Below are positions 51,401-62,600 of a stretch of DNA of 64,000 nucleotides, piece after piece. Source of the stretch: Macrostomum hystrix (lineage: Eukaryota; Animalia; Platyhelminthes); contig CATNEN010000038.1 of NCBI GenBank assembly GCA_950097015.1, positions 30,690,001-30,754,000 on the forward strand, in the 5' to 3' direction. Positions within the stretch are counted from its first letter, which is position 1; every line of letters begins with the position of its first letter. The position numbers and the translations under genes were made by a program. The notes beneath the pieces were generated by a model. It made no database searches, was not told where the DNA came from, and saw nothing but the letters and a program-made list of their open reading frames with translations.

Positions 51401-53838
51401 GAGACAGGTGAGAGGTGGATAGAGACAGGTGAGAGGTGGATAGAGACAGGTGAGAGGTGGATAGAGACATATGAGAGTTTGATAGAGACAGGTGAGAGTT
51501 TGATAGAGACAGGTGAGAGGTGGATAGAGACAGGTGAGAGTTGGTTAGAGACAGGTGAGAGGTGGTACACTAAGAACTGGTTAGTGACATAGATTTACAG
51601 TTAAATTTAGGATGTCATAAGAAAAGAAAAGCGAATATAATAGAACGCGTACCTGCAGTCGCAGCATTCGCCTACGCAGCAGGACACTGTGCAACTCTCT
51701 GAGTGTAATCCTGGCCTTTTCAACACGAACCCTGTCCAACAGTTCCTCCCAGAAGGCCAGGTCAGTACCCGGACCGGCCTGGCAGATCTTGGCTGACACT
51801 GAGCCCTCCAGGGCGTCCAATTGACCGGCAGTTTTGCCGCCGATCACCGCTTCGATGCGGTCGGCCACTGCTGCCGTTGCCGAGGAGCTGGCCGCCGACG
51901 AAGCGGCGTTGAGCTTGGCGTCGATCTCGTATTTGACTAGCAGAGCAACGCATCGCCAGAAGGTTTCGCTATCGCGACAGGCGCCTTCAACCAAGCCGCT
52001 CTGACGCTCGTAGCGCTGATAGACATCGATATCGGCTTGAAGATCTTCTAAAGCTTTCAAGCTGAGACCAGTTAACAAGGCGTCAGGAGAGTGCGCGTCC
52101 AAGAACGCGAGACTATCATCATCGTCGTCGTCGTCGTCATCGTCGCCGTTGTTGTCCTTTTTCGTTGGCAAAGCGCCGGAGGTTTTCTGCAAGGCCTCGG
52201 CGTAGCGACCCAACAGATCGATTGGCTCGGCCCGACCCTCGGCAATGCGAATAGCAGAACGAGTTCTGGTCTGCTTCAAATGGAAACTGTCCTCCTGTTG
52301 AGACCACTGCCGAAAGTCATCTGATTCTCGCTCTCTCTGCAGCAGCTCCTGCTCCTTCATGCGAGCTTCGCGTTCCAGTTCGTTCTGGCGACAGCGTTCG
52401 CGAACCTGTTGTGCGCGATGACGGATATTTATTATTGCACGCCATATGGTGACAGCAGACCCGCAGACACTGCCTATTCCACTGACTCATACACACTCAT
52501 TGACTTTCTCATTGTCAGGCAGTGTGCACTGTCACTGTGCCTTGGAGGTTGGTCCCTTAATAGCGCAAATTGCAGTACAGTTCCCCAAGCCTTCTCTTCG
52601 CGGTTGCGTCCGAAATGAATGTGTGGCCTCGCAGCGAAATCGAGCTTAGATATCTTGGCGCGAGAGGTAAATGCGTTTACCGCTCCGCCACCAACCCCTG
52701 ATGCCGGATGATAAGGCATTAAATACGTGACACAGAATTGTTGTGTTGCCATAAGAAACGAATATTTTTTGTGAACGAAATTACGATTAATTACGATTAT
52801 AATAAGAAACTATCGCGTGTTTGTGACGTCTGTGATGATATTTAAATGTGTTCTATCTGGCACCAACGTGCCTGAGTTCGATTCCTGAGTGCATGCTCAG
52901 GAGTTAGCGGAACGGGCAGAATTGCCTCCTTGCTGGCTGCGGGTCTACTGCCACTAAATGATGAGCCAGTACATATCAACTAATCAAGCGACATTCAAGT
53001 TAAGCTTGGTAGACTCAAATAGTAAAGCATTTTAGAGATTTCTATTTAAGAATTTTATAACAGACGTAAGAATGTAGTGTGCACCTGCAATCACCATAAA
53101 TCAAGTCTTTCTTTGCTTTTAACAGTTTAACTATTAAGGGGGGAATACCCCTGACAACAATTTGCGCACCACCCGATCGGAGTAAGGCAAGGACTTCTGA
53201 GACAATGATCAATTCGACAGCCCTTTAAACCTCTGTACCCACTAAACGACCAGCAAAAACATATGCGCATTTTATTTTCCAACCTTCTCTAGCTCGGCTC
53301 GATTTTCAGCCGCCTTCCGTTCCACATCGGCCATTGTGCCGCCCTCCTTCTGCATCTTCTTGTGCCAGACAAATGTCTCGGTTAATTTTTCGTCGCCAAA
53401 CGGATTATCCCTATCCGTGTAGTCGCCCTCCCAGCCAAGCTCGCGACGGCGGCGTTCAGCTTTGGCAGCTTTCTTAGCCATCCGGCGGGCCCGCTTCTGC
53501 TCTGGAGTCTCGGCAGCTTTTAGCATCGCTTTGACACGCCGCCGCTCTTCAGCAGCCGACGCTGATGCCGACGATGCCTGTTCTTTAGTCTTCAGCTTGT
53601 CATCACGCTTCCGGTGATCTTTTCTGCGATCGTCCTCTGAGGAGGACGAAGATGACGATGAAGACGAAGATGACGACTTTCTTCTCCTGTCTCGCGGCCT
53701 GTCTCTATCCCTATCCCGATCTCTATCGCGTCTATCTCTGTCTCTGTCATGTCTCCGATCGGCTCGTTCATATTTATCGGAGCCGCCAGATTGTTCCCGA
53801 CGACGCTCGCGATGCCGATGATGTGCAGCTCTGGCTTC
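45440..53838 (-). CDS. CACTIN: Cactin (spliceosome C*-complex factor); exons 53284-53838, 51653-52405, 50469-50951, 45440-45694 (681 aa, no genomic ATG found)
   Basis: Motifs ETPEQKRARRMAKK, YTDRDNPFGDEKLTETFVWHKK, EDSFHLKQ..RSAIRIAEGRAEPIDLL, W.D..KPKKPRYFNRVNTGYNW..YNRTHFDSDNPPPKIVQ|GYKFNIFYPDL..LRFSAGPPYEDIAFKIV..FRCQF..FQLHFHF. All introns are GT-AG, phase 0. Confidence 0.95.
45950..50385. repeat. 29-bp satellite array (~150 copies; CTACTAGAGACTACCGATCTACCAAGGAT) filling the last cactin intron
   Basis: Direct observation. Variant blocks recur. Confidence 0.97.
50995..51565. repeat. 21-bp minisatellite (GATAGAGACAGGTGAGAGGTG)n, cactin intron 2
   Basis: Direct observation. Confidence 0.95.
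52425..52698 (-). mobile_element. SINE family B, full-length diverged copy in cactin intron 1
   Basis: The minus strand starts GGGGTTGGTGGCGGAGCGGTAAACG (A box) ..AGCTCGATTT (B box), has the body ACCAACCTCCAAGGC, and ends in an AAT tail. Confidence 0.8.
52862..52968 (+). mobile_element. Deleted SINE family B copy, opposite in orientation to 52425-52698
   Basis: CCTGAGTTCGATTCC..GCTCAGGAGTTAGCGGAACGGGCAGAATTGCCTCCTTGCTGGCTGCGGGTC. Confidence 0.75.
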
Positions 53839-53989
53839 CTGCAAACATTAAACCAGTTTTTAATTTAGATTTGCTAATTAAAATAAATAAAATCAAAGTT
53901 GTAAGCAGGGATCGTGTCTCATTTCTCACGTGTCTTTTCTGTCCTGTCTCACCTCCCGCTGTCTCATGTCTACCTTTCTCATTTCTCGA

Positions 53990-54440
53990 GTGTCTTATCT
54001 ATCCTGTTTCCTCCCCCCCAAGTCTCATCTATCCTGACTCATCCTTCCCATGCTTTATCTATCCTGACTCATCTTTCCCGAGCCTTATCTATCCTGACTC
54101 ATCTTTCCCGAGCCTTATCTATCCTGACTCATCCTTCCCGAGCCTTATCTATCCTGACTCATCTTTCCCGTGCCTTATCTATCTTGTCTCATCTTTCCAA
54201 TGCCTTATCTATCCTGACTCATGTTTCACATGCTTTATCTATCCTGACTCATATTTTACATGCCTTATCTATCCTGACTCATATTTTACATGCCTTATCT
54301 ATCCGGACTCATATTTCACATGCCTCATCTATCTTGACTCATATTTCACATGCCTTATCTATCCTGACTCATATATCCCGTGCATTATCTATCCTGACTC
54401 ATATTTCCCATGCCTTATCTATCCTATCTTTCCCATGCCA
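53990..54440. repeat. 30-bp minisatellite (ATCCTGACTCATCTTTCCCGAGCCTTATCT)n upstream of cactin
   Basis: Direct observation. Confidence 0.93.
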
Positions 54441-55547
54441 TATAAGATTCTAACTTAATAATAAGGTTTTAGGCTTAAAGAAGACTTAAAAAACACGAGA
54501 CATTTAAAACTAATAATGAAACAAAATGTTAAACGACATTTTTTATTATTATTTACAAATGACAATTACTAGTCTCAACTATTACTGGAACAATTTGAAG
54601 GTGATATGCATCAAAAATAATTTTGCGAGTATTATACTAATCTAAAATTGGAATGATAAGATCGAATATTCAGGTAGGTAACTGTTTTTTGGGAGAGAAT
54701 ATTGCTCGCGCTATTACATATTTGGGCAATTATTATGTGTAGTACTTGAAAAAACTATTTGCTAATGAAATTGACTGAAACAAAATCTTAAAACATGTCG
54801 TGAGAAAAATTCTGGACAAAAATATAAATAAATCCGAAATGAGATAAATATGAAAAGCAATAATTTTACAGTTCTGCATAAATTACGAAAGTTTGATACG
54901 AAAATAAAAGTATTTTTAAACAAGAGAAAATAGAAATCTATTTTCAGGCGCTAGATTAAACTTTACATTTAAACAAATTAAAATTATAGTTTGAGAATCG
55001 ATTGAATTGTGTCTTTGTTAATTATGCATTTCAACTCAGCATATAAATTAATGGTAAAGCATACAAAGTAGATGGCAATAGGAGATAAAAATCGTTAACA
55101 TTATTTATCATTTTCCGTGTCCCAACTTCCGTTCATGAAATCTCTTGATACCATTCGCACAATACCATTTTCAAATCCCCTACAAAAATTGCCAAAACCT
55201 AAAAGATCCTATTCTTTATTCCCAGTTTCTAATGTTAATATCCCCAATACTATTCTCCAAATTCTCATTCCGAATATCCCTAACTTCTTTTTCCGATGTT
55301 CTCATATCCCATTGGTAAAATCCCCAAATCATATTCTCACTTTTCCTATTGCGAATATGTGTTTAAATCCCATTTCGAATATTCCCGGATCCCATTCTTA
55401 ATATCCCGAATCTCCCATTCGCATTGCGATTAAAAGTCAAACTAAAACAATTAGCAATTAACAATTTTATGAATGTTGAAAACTGCGTAGAAACGCTGAA
55501 GCTACTACTAACAGTAATTCTCACAGGCATAAAAAACCATGAATTGT

Positions 55548-58500
55548 TTAAATGGTGACATAGCCCTGTGCTCGCTTGACCCGCTTGCCTAGACAGACAA
55601 ACAGAACCGAAAAGCCTAGGAAGGCGGCAAACATAAACAGCAGAATGATAAACATGGTTAGCGACAATGATACTAGGGGCGATTCACTGGCTATTAGGCC
55701 AGACTGCAGCACCATGTAGCCGAGCGACCAGCCAACCTTGCTGGACGAAGACGTCTGCAATAAGTTGCGATTTAATTCTTAATTTAAAGAATTAAGCTGG
55801 GGGAACATTGGTTCTTTGCTGCTGGGGGAACATTGGTTCTTTGCTGCTGGGGGGACATTGGTTCTTTGCTGCTGGGGGGACATTGGTTCTCTGCTGCTGG
55901 GGAAACAATGGTTCTCTGCTGCTGGGAACATTGGTTCTCTGCTGCTGGGGGGACATTGGTTCTCTGCTGCTGGGGGAACATTAGTTCTCTGCTGCTGGGG
56001 GGGACATTGGTTCTCTGCTGCTGGGGGGGACATTGGTTCTCTGCTGCTGGGGGAACATTTGTTCTCTGCTGCTGGGGGAACATTGGTTCTCTGCTGCTGG
56101 GGGGGACATTGGTTCTCTGCTGCTGGGGGGGACATTGGTTCTCTGCTGCTGGGGGAACATTTGTTCTCTGCTGCTGGGGGGGACATTGGTTCTCTGCTGC
56201 TGGGGGGGACATTGGTTCTCTGCTGCTGGGGGAACATTGGTTCTCTGCTGCTGGGGGGACATTTGTTCTCTGCTGCTGGGGGGGACATTGGTTCTCTGCT
56301 GCTGGGGGGGACATTGGTTCTCTGCTGCTGGGGGGACATTTGTTCTCTGCTGCTGGGGGACATTGGTTCTCTGCTGCTGGGGGAACATTTGTTCTCTGCT
56401 GCTGGGGGGGACATTGGTTCTCTGCTGCTGGGGGGGACATTGGTTCTCTGCTGCTGGGGGAACATTGGTTCTCTGCTGCTGGGGGGACATTTGTTCTCTG
56501 CTGCTGGGGGGGACATTGGTTCTCTGCTGCTGGGGGGACATTGGTTCTCTGCTGCTGGGGGGACATTGGTTCTCTGCTGCTGGGGGGACATTGGTTCTTT
56601 GCTGCTGGGGGGACATTGGTTCTTTGCTGCTGGGGGGACATTGGTTCTCTGCTGCTGGGGGGACATTGGTTCTTTGCTGCTGGGGGAACATTGGTTCTTT
56701 GCTGCTGGGGGAACATTGGTTCTCTGCTGCTGGGGGAACATTGGTTCTTTGCTGCTGGGGGGACATTGGTTATTTGCTGCTGGGGGGACATTGGTTCTTT
56801 GCTGCTGGGGGGACATTGGTTCTCTGCTGCTGGGGGGACATTGGTTCTCTGCTGCTGGGGGGACATTGGTTCGTTGCTGCTGGGGGGACATTGGTTCTTT
56901 GCTGCTGGGGGGACATTGGTTCTCTGCTGCTGGGGGGACATTGGTTCGTTGCTGCTGGGGGGACATTGGTTCTTTGCTGCTGGGGGGACATTGGTTCTTT
57001 GCTGCTGGGGGGACATTGGTTCTTTGCTGCTGGGGGGACATTGGTTCTCTGCTGCTGAGGGGACTTAGTGTGCTAGTATGTAGCCTGCGATTTAGAATTT
57101 TCACAAGTTTCAGTATGCCCCCCCTGAACATGATACTTTGTTTGTTACTAATCAAATGCAACTAATCAATAAATTCTCACCTGGTCACCTAAGGCGTTTG
57201 AGTGATTCACTGTGATCTAAAAATAGCAGAGAACATTTGCAAACATATTCACAATATTTTTTTTTTTTAGTATCCCAATTAAACCATTTGTTCTGGTACA
57301 CACAAAAATGATTTGTTTTAATTCGAGATTCCATTCACACTTTAATGATCCCGTTCTAGATTCCGGAATCTAGAACTCTGGATCCAGAGTCGTCATCTAA
57401 CTTCCCAGATCTCCATTTAACTTCCCAGATCCTCATTTAACTTCCCAGATCCCCATTTAACTTCCCAGATCCTCATTTAACTTCCCAGATCCCCATTTAA
57501 CTTCCCAGATCCTCATTTAACTTCCCAGATCCTCATTTAACTTCCCAGATCCCCATTTAACTTCCCAGATCCCTATTTAACTTCCCAGATCCCCATTTAA
57601 CTTCCCAGATCCCCATTTAACTTCCCAGATCCCCATTTAACTTCCCAGATCCCCATTTAACTTCCCAGATCCTCATTTAACTTCCCAGATCCCTATTTAA
57701 CTTCCGAGATCCTCATTTAACTTTTTAAATCTCCTTCTTACTTTCCAGATACTCTTAAACTTCTCACATCCCCTTTAATCTCCCAGATCCCCACTTTCCG
57801 ATCCTCAACTAATTTCCCAGATCCCCTTCTTAGTTCCCAGACGCCCTTCTAACATCCTAGATCCTCTTCCCGCTTCCCAGATGCCCTTCTCACATTCCAG
57901 ATCAGGTTTTAAATCCCAGATCCTTAAAACTGTAAACCACAACAAAAGTTGAAGCTGCTCTATTTCTAAAATCCGAATTAAACCAAGCACACACACAACG
58001 GACAGTCAGACAATCCAACAGCAACATCACTTACAGTGTCGGCAAACTCCAACAGATTCCAATTGGTATCATTAAATCCGTAGGCATTCAACAGCGCCAA
58101 CACGTAGACACCATCGAAGCAGTACCAGCGCAGGTAACTAGGCAGATAGCCAGCCAGTTGAGCGTAATTCCGACCGCAGAAGTCGCCAACAGATTTAGCA
58201 AAGCCAATCCGACTAGTGCCGCTGGTTATTGTGGCGTTGAAAAAATTGGCAACGTAATAAAAACCGGAGAAAGCGACAAATTTCCCGGCTGGAGATGGTT
58301 GGAAAACGTCGTTAAACGAACACCTGGACTGATTGCAGGCCGAATTAAAAAACGATGCCACCATTTTAGCGCATTGAGTAAAATTTCCAGCCCCGCGAAT
58401 TGTGAAATTTAGTCTAGCCAGAGTTGAGGCCGGCGGCGGCGGCTGCAGCTGCCACTGGTCTGAGCAGGGCCTTTGAAACACGTCTGCGCCTGCGATAGTT

Positions 58501-59584
58501 TCCGTGTACCCAGGCTGTTCAATGCAGGTAGATTAACAATCATTTTCAGTTAGGATTAGTTATTGCACAGTTTATCACCAAATTCAATTAGTTTAATCAC
58601 GATTTATCCTAAATTTAAGCTATTTTGATAACTATAATGTATTCTACACTGACTGGTTTCATTGCAGTTTATTCACCATTACCGTTTGTATCCTCTGTTG
58701 TATATTATCCTCTAGACAATGTGTCAAATCCAAGTTCAAACCACTCTCGACAATGTCTAAAATCCCACTTTGAAGCACTTATCTACAATGTCTAAAATTC
58801 CACTTTGAAACACTATCTACAATGTCTAAAATCCCATTTTGAAACACTATCTACAATGTCTAAAATCCCACTTTGAAACACTATCTACAATGTCTAAAAT
58901 CCCACTTTTGAACACTATCTACAATGTCTAAAATCCCACTTTGAAACACTTATCTACAATGTCTAAAATCCCACTTTGAAACACTATCTACAATATCTAA
59001 AATCCCACTTTGAAACAATATCTACAATGTCTAAAATCCCATTTTGAAACACTATCTACAATGTCTAAAATCCCACTTTGAAACACTATCTACAATATCT
59101 AAAATCCCACTTTGAAACAATATCTACAGTGTATGAAATCCCACTTTAAAACACCAACTACAACGTCCCATAACCCCAGTCGACAATTAAACCTCTCGAC
59201 AATGAGAATAGCTCCAATTTACCAGCACCTACTCACCTGCCAGCAGGGTGTATCGATGATTATGCTGTTATTGTAGCCAGCTGCTGCTATAACGTTAGCT
59301 AGCATGCGATTCTCAGCTTCCGCCTTGCCGTAGCACAAGAAACTATAGGCGTACACTGTGTAGGGCTTGCCGTACAGGCTAAGAGTGACGATATTGGTGA
59401 ATGGATTTGGGGTGTAGTTGCCAAGCGGTACAAATGCAATCTGGGTACTGGCGCCGCCCAGATCCAGGCTGCCAAATGTGTCCGATTCGGCAGCCAACTG
59501 ACGATAGCCAACTGCGGCGGCTATCTTTGATGTAGCGGAGAATTGATTGGCAACTGCGCTGGAAGCGAAGTCACCGAAACTGTT
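55548..59584 (-). CDS. Ectonucleoside triphosphate diphosphohydrolase (NTPDase/CD39, GDA1_CD39 family), 3' part; exons 59237-59584, 58035-58514, [57181-57216 optional], 55548-55754; 5' exons beyond the window
   Basis: ACR4 FGSLDLGGASTQIAF, YAYSFLCYG, CSFNDVFQP, FVAFSGFYY, YCF, ACR5 GWSLGYM, and a C-terminal TM helix. Phase-0 GT-AG junctions. Confidence 0.92.
55795..57058. repeat. ~25-bp G-run minisatellite (GCTGCTGGGGGGACATTGGTTCTCT)n, last NTPDase intron
   Basis: About 50 copies with variable G-run length. Confidence 0.95.
57395..57722. repeat. 20-bp minisatellite (TTAACTTCCCAGATCCCCAT)n
   Basis: Direct observation. Confidence 0.93.
58745..59150. repeat. 34-bp minisatellite (ACAATGTCTAAAATCCCACTTTGAAACACTATCT)n, NTPDase intron
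   Basis: Direct observation. Confidence 0.93.
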
Positions 59585-59664
59585 CTGCAAATTATTCAGG
59601 TGATTTGCACCTGTTAGATATTGTACTATAATTAATTGTTAGACAAACTGTAACCTGTTACGAG

Positions 59665-62600
59665 CGTAGATAAGGGTGGCACACTTGTTAGACAAGCTCC
59701 AAACTGTTAGATAAGGGTGGCACACTTGTTAGACAAGCTCCAAACTGTTAGATAAGGGTGGCACACTTGTTAGACAAGCTCCAAACTGTTATATAAGGGT
59801 GGCACACTTGTTAGACAAGCTCCAAACTGTTAGATAAGGGTGGCACACTTGTTAGACAAGCTCCAAACTGTTAGATAAGGGTGGCACACTTGTTAGACAA
59901 GCTCCAAACTGTTAGATAAGGGTGGTACACTTGTTAGACAAGCTCCAAACTGTTAGATAAGGGTGGCACACTTGTTAGACAAGCTCCAAACTGTTAGATA
60001 AGGGTGGCACACTTGTTAGACAAGCTCCAAACTGTTAGATAAGGGTGGCACACTTGTTAGACAAGCTCCAAACTGTTAGATAAGGGTGGCACACTTGTTA
60101 GACAAGCTCCAAACTGTTAGATAAGGGTGGCACACTTGTTAGACAAGCTCCAAACTGTTAGATAAGGGTGGCACACTTGTTAGACAAGTTCCAAACTGTT
60201 AGATAAGGGTGGCACACTTGTTAGACAAGCTCTAAACTGTTAGATAAGGGTGGTACACTTGTTAGACAAGCTCTAAACTGTTAGATAAGGGTGGCACACT
60301 TGTTAGAGAAGCTCCAAACTGTTAGATAAGGGTGGCACACTTGTTAGACAAGCTCCAAACTGTTAGATAAGGGTGGCACACTTGTTAGACAAGCTCCAAA
60401 CTGTTAGATAAGGGTGGCACACTTGTTAGACAAGCTCTAAACTGTTAGATAAGGGTGGCACACTTGTTAGACAAGCTCCAAACTGTTAGATAAGGGTGGC
60501 ACACTTGTTAGACAAGCTCCAAACTGTTAGATAAGGGTGGCACACTTGTTAGACAAGCTCCAAACTGTTAGATAAGGGTGGCACACTTGTTAGACAAGCT
60601 CCAAACTGTTAGATAAGGGTGGCACACTTGTTAGACAAGCTCCAAACTGTTAGATAAGGGTGGCACACTTGTTAGACAAGCTCCAAACTGTTAGATAAGG
60701 GTGGCACACTTGTTAGACAAGCTCCATTCTGTTAGATAAGGGTGGCACACTTGTTAGACAAGCTCCAAACTGTTAGATAAGGGTGGTACACTTGTTAGAC
60801 AAGCTCCATACTGTTAGATAAGGGTGGTACACTTGTTAGACAAGCTCCAAACTGTTAGATAAGGGTGGCACACTTGTTAGACAAGCTCCAAACTGTTAGA
60901 TAAGGGTGGCACACTTGTTAGAGAAGCTCCAAACTGTTAGATAAGGGTGGCACACTTGTTAGACAAGCTCCAAACTGTTAGATAAGGGTGGCACACTTGT
61001 TAGACAAGCTCCAAACTGTTAGATAAGGGTGGCACACTTGTTAGACAAGCTCCATACTGTTAGATAAGGGTGGCACACTTGTTAGACAAGCTCCATACTG
61101 TTAGATAAGGGTGGCACACTTGTTAGACAAGCTCCATACTGTTAGATAAGGGTGGCACACTTGTTAGACAAGCTCCAAACTGTTAGATAAGGGTGGCACA
61201 CTTGTTAGACAAGCTCCAAACTGTTAGATAAGGGTGGCACACTTGTTAGACAAGCTCCAAACTGTTAGATGAGGGTGGCACACTTGTTAGACAAGCTCCA
61301 AACTGTTAGATAAGGGTGGCACACTTGTTAGACAAGCTCCAAACTGTTAGATAAGGGTGGCACACTTGTTAGACAAGCTCATACTGTTAGATAAGGGTGG
61401 CACACTTGTTAGACAAGCTCCAAACTGTTAGATAAGGGTGGCACACTTGTTAGACAAGCTCCAAACTGTTAGATAAGGGTGGCACACTTGTTAGACAAGC
61501 TCCATACTGTTAGATAAGGGTGGCACACTTGTTAGACAAGCTCCATACTGTTAGATAAGGGTGGCACACTTGTTAGACAAGCTCCAAACTGTTAGATAAG
61601 GGTGGCACACTTGTTAGACAAGCTCCAAACTGTTAGATAAGGGTGGCACACTTGTTAGACAAGCTCCAAACTGTTAGATAAGGGTGGTACACTTGTTAGA
61701 CAAGCTCCATACTGTTAGATAAGGGTGGTACACTTGTTAGACAAGCTCCAAACTGTTAGATAAGGGTGGCACACTTGTTAGACAAGCTCCAAACTGTTAG
61801 ATAAGGGTGGCACACTTGTTAGAGAAGCTCCAAACTGTTAGATAAGGGTGGCACACTTGTTAGACAAGCTCCATACTGTTAGATAAGGGTGGCACACTTG
61901 TTAGACAAGCTCCAAACTGTTAGATAAGGGTGGCACACTTGTTAGACAAGCTCCATACTGTTAGATAAGGGTGGCACACTTGTTAGACAAGCTCCATACT
62001 GTTAGATAAGGGTGGCACACTTGTTAGACAAGCTCCATACTGTTAGATAAGGGTGGCACACTTGTTAGACAAGCTCCAAACTGTTAGATAAGGGTGGCAC
62101 ACTTGTTAGACAAGCTCCAAACTGTTAGATAAGGGTGGCACACTTGTTAGACAAGCTCCAAACTGTTAGATGAGGGTGGCACACTTGTTAGACAAGCTCC
62201 AAACTGTTAGATAAGGGTGGCACACTTGTTAGACAAGCTCCAAACTGTTAGATAAGGGTGGCACACTTGTTAGACAAGCTCATACTGTTAGATAAGGGTG
62301 GCACACTTGTTAGACAAGCTCCAAACTGTTAGATGAGGGTGGCACACTTGTTAGACAAGCTCCAAACTGTTAGATAAGGGTGGCACACTTGTTAGACAAG
62401 CTCCATACTGTTAGATAAGGGTGGCACACTTGTTAGACAAGCTCCATACTGTTAGATAAGGGTGGCACACTTGTTAGACAAGCTCCAAACTGTTAGATAA
62501 GGGTGGCACACTTGTTAGACAAGCTCCAAACTGTTAGATAAGGGTGGCACACTTGTTAGACAAGCTCCATACTGTTAGATAAGGGTGGCACACTTGTTAG

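Noticed and set aside
55779-57165. Long ORFs of 260-460 aa on both strands
   Set aside because: A stop-free minisatellite inside an NTPDase intron.
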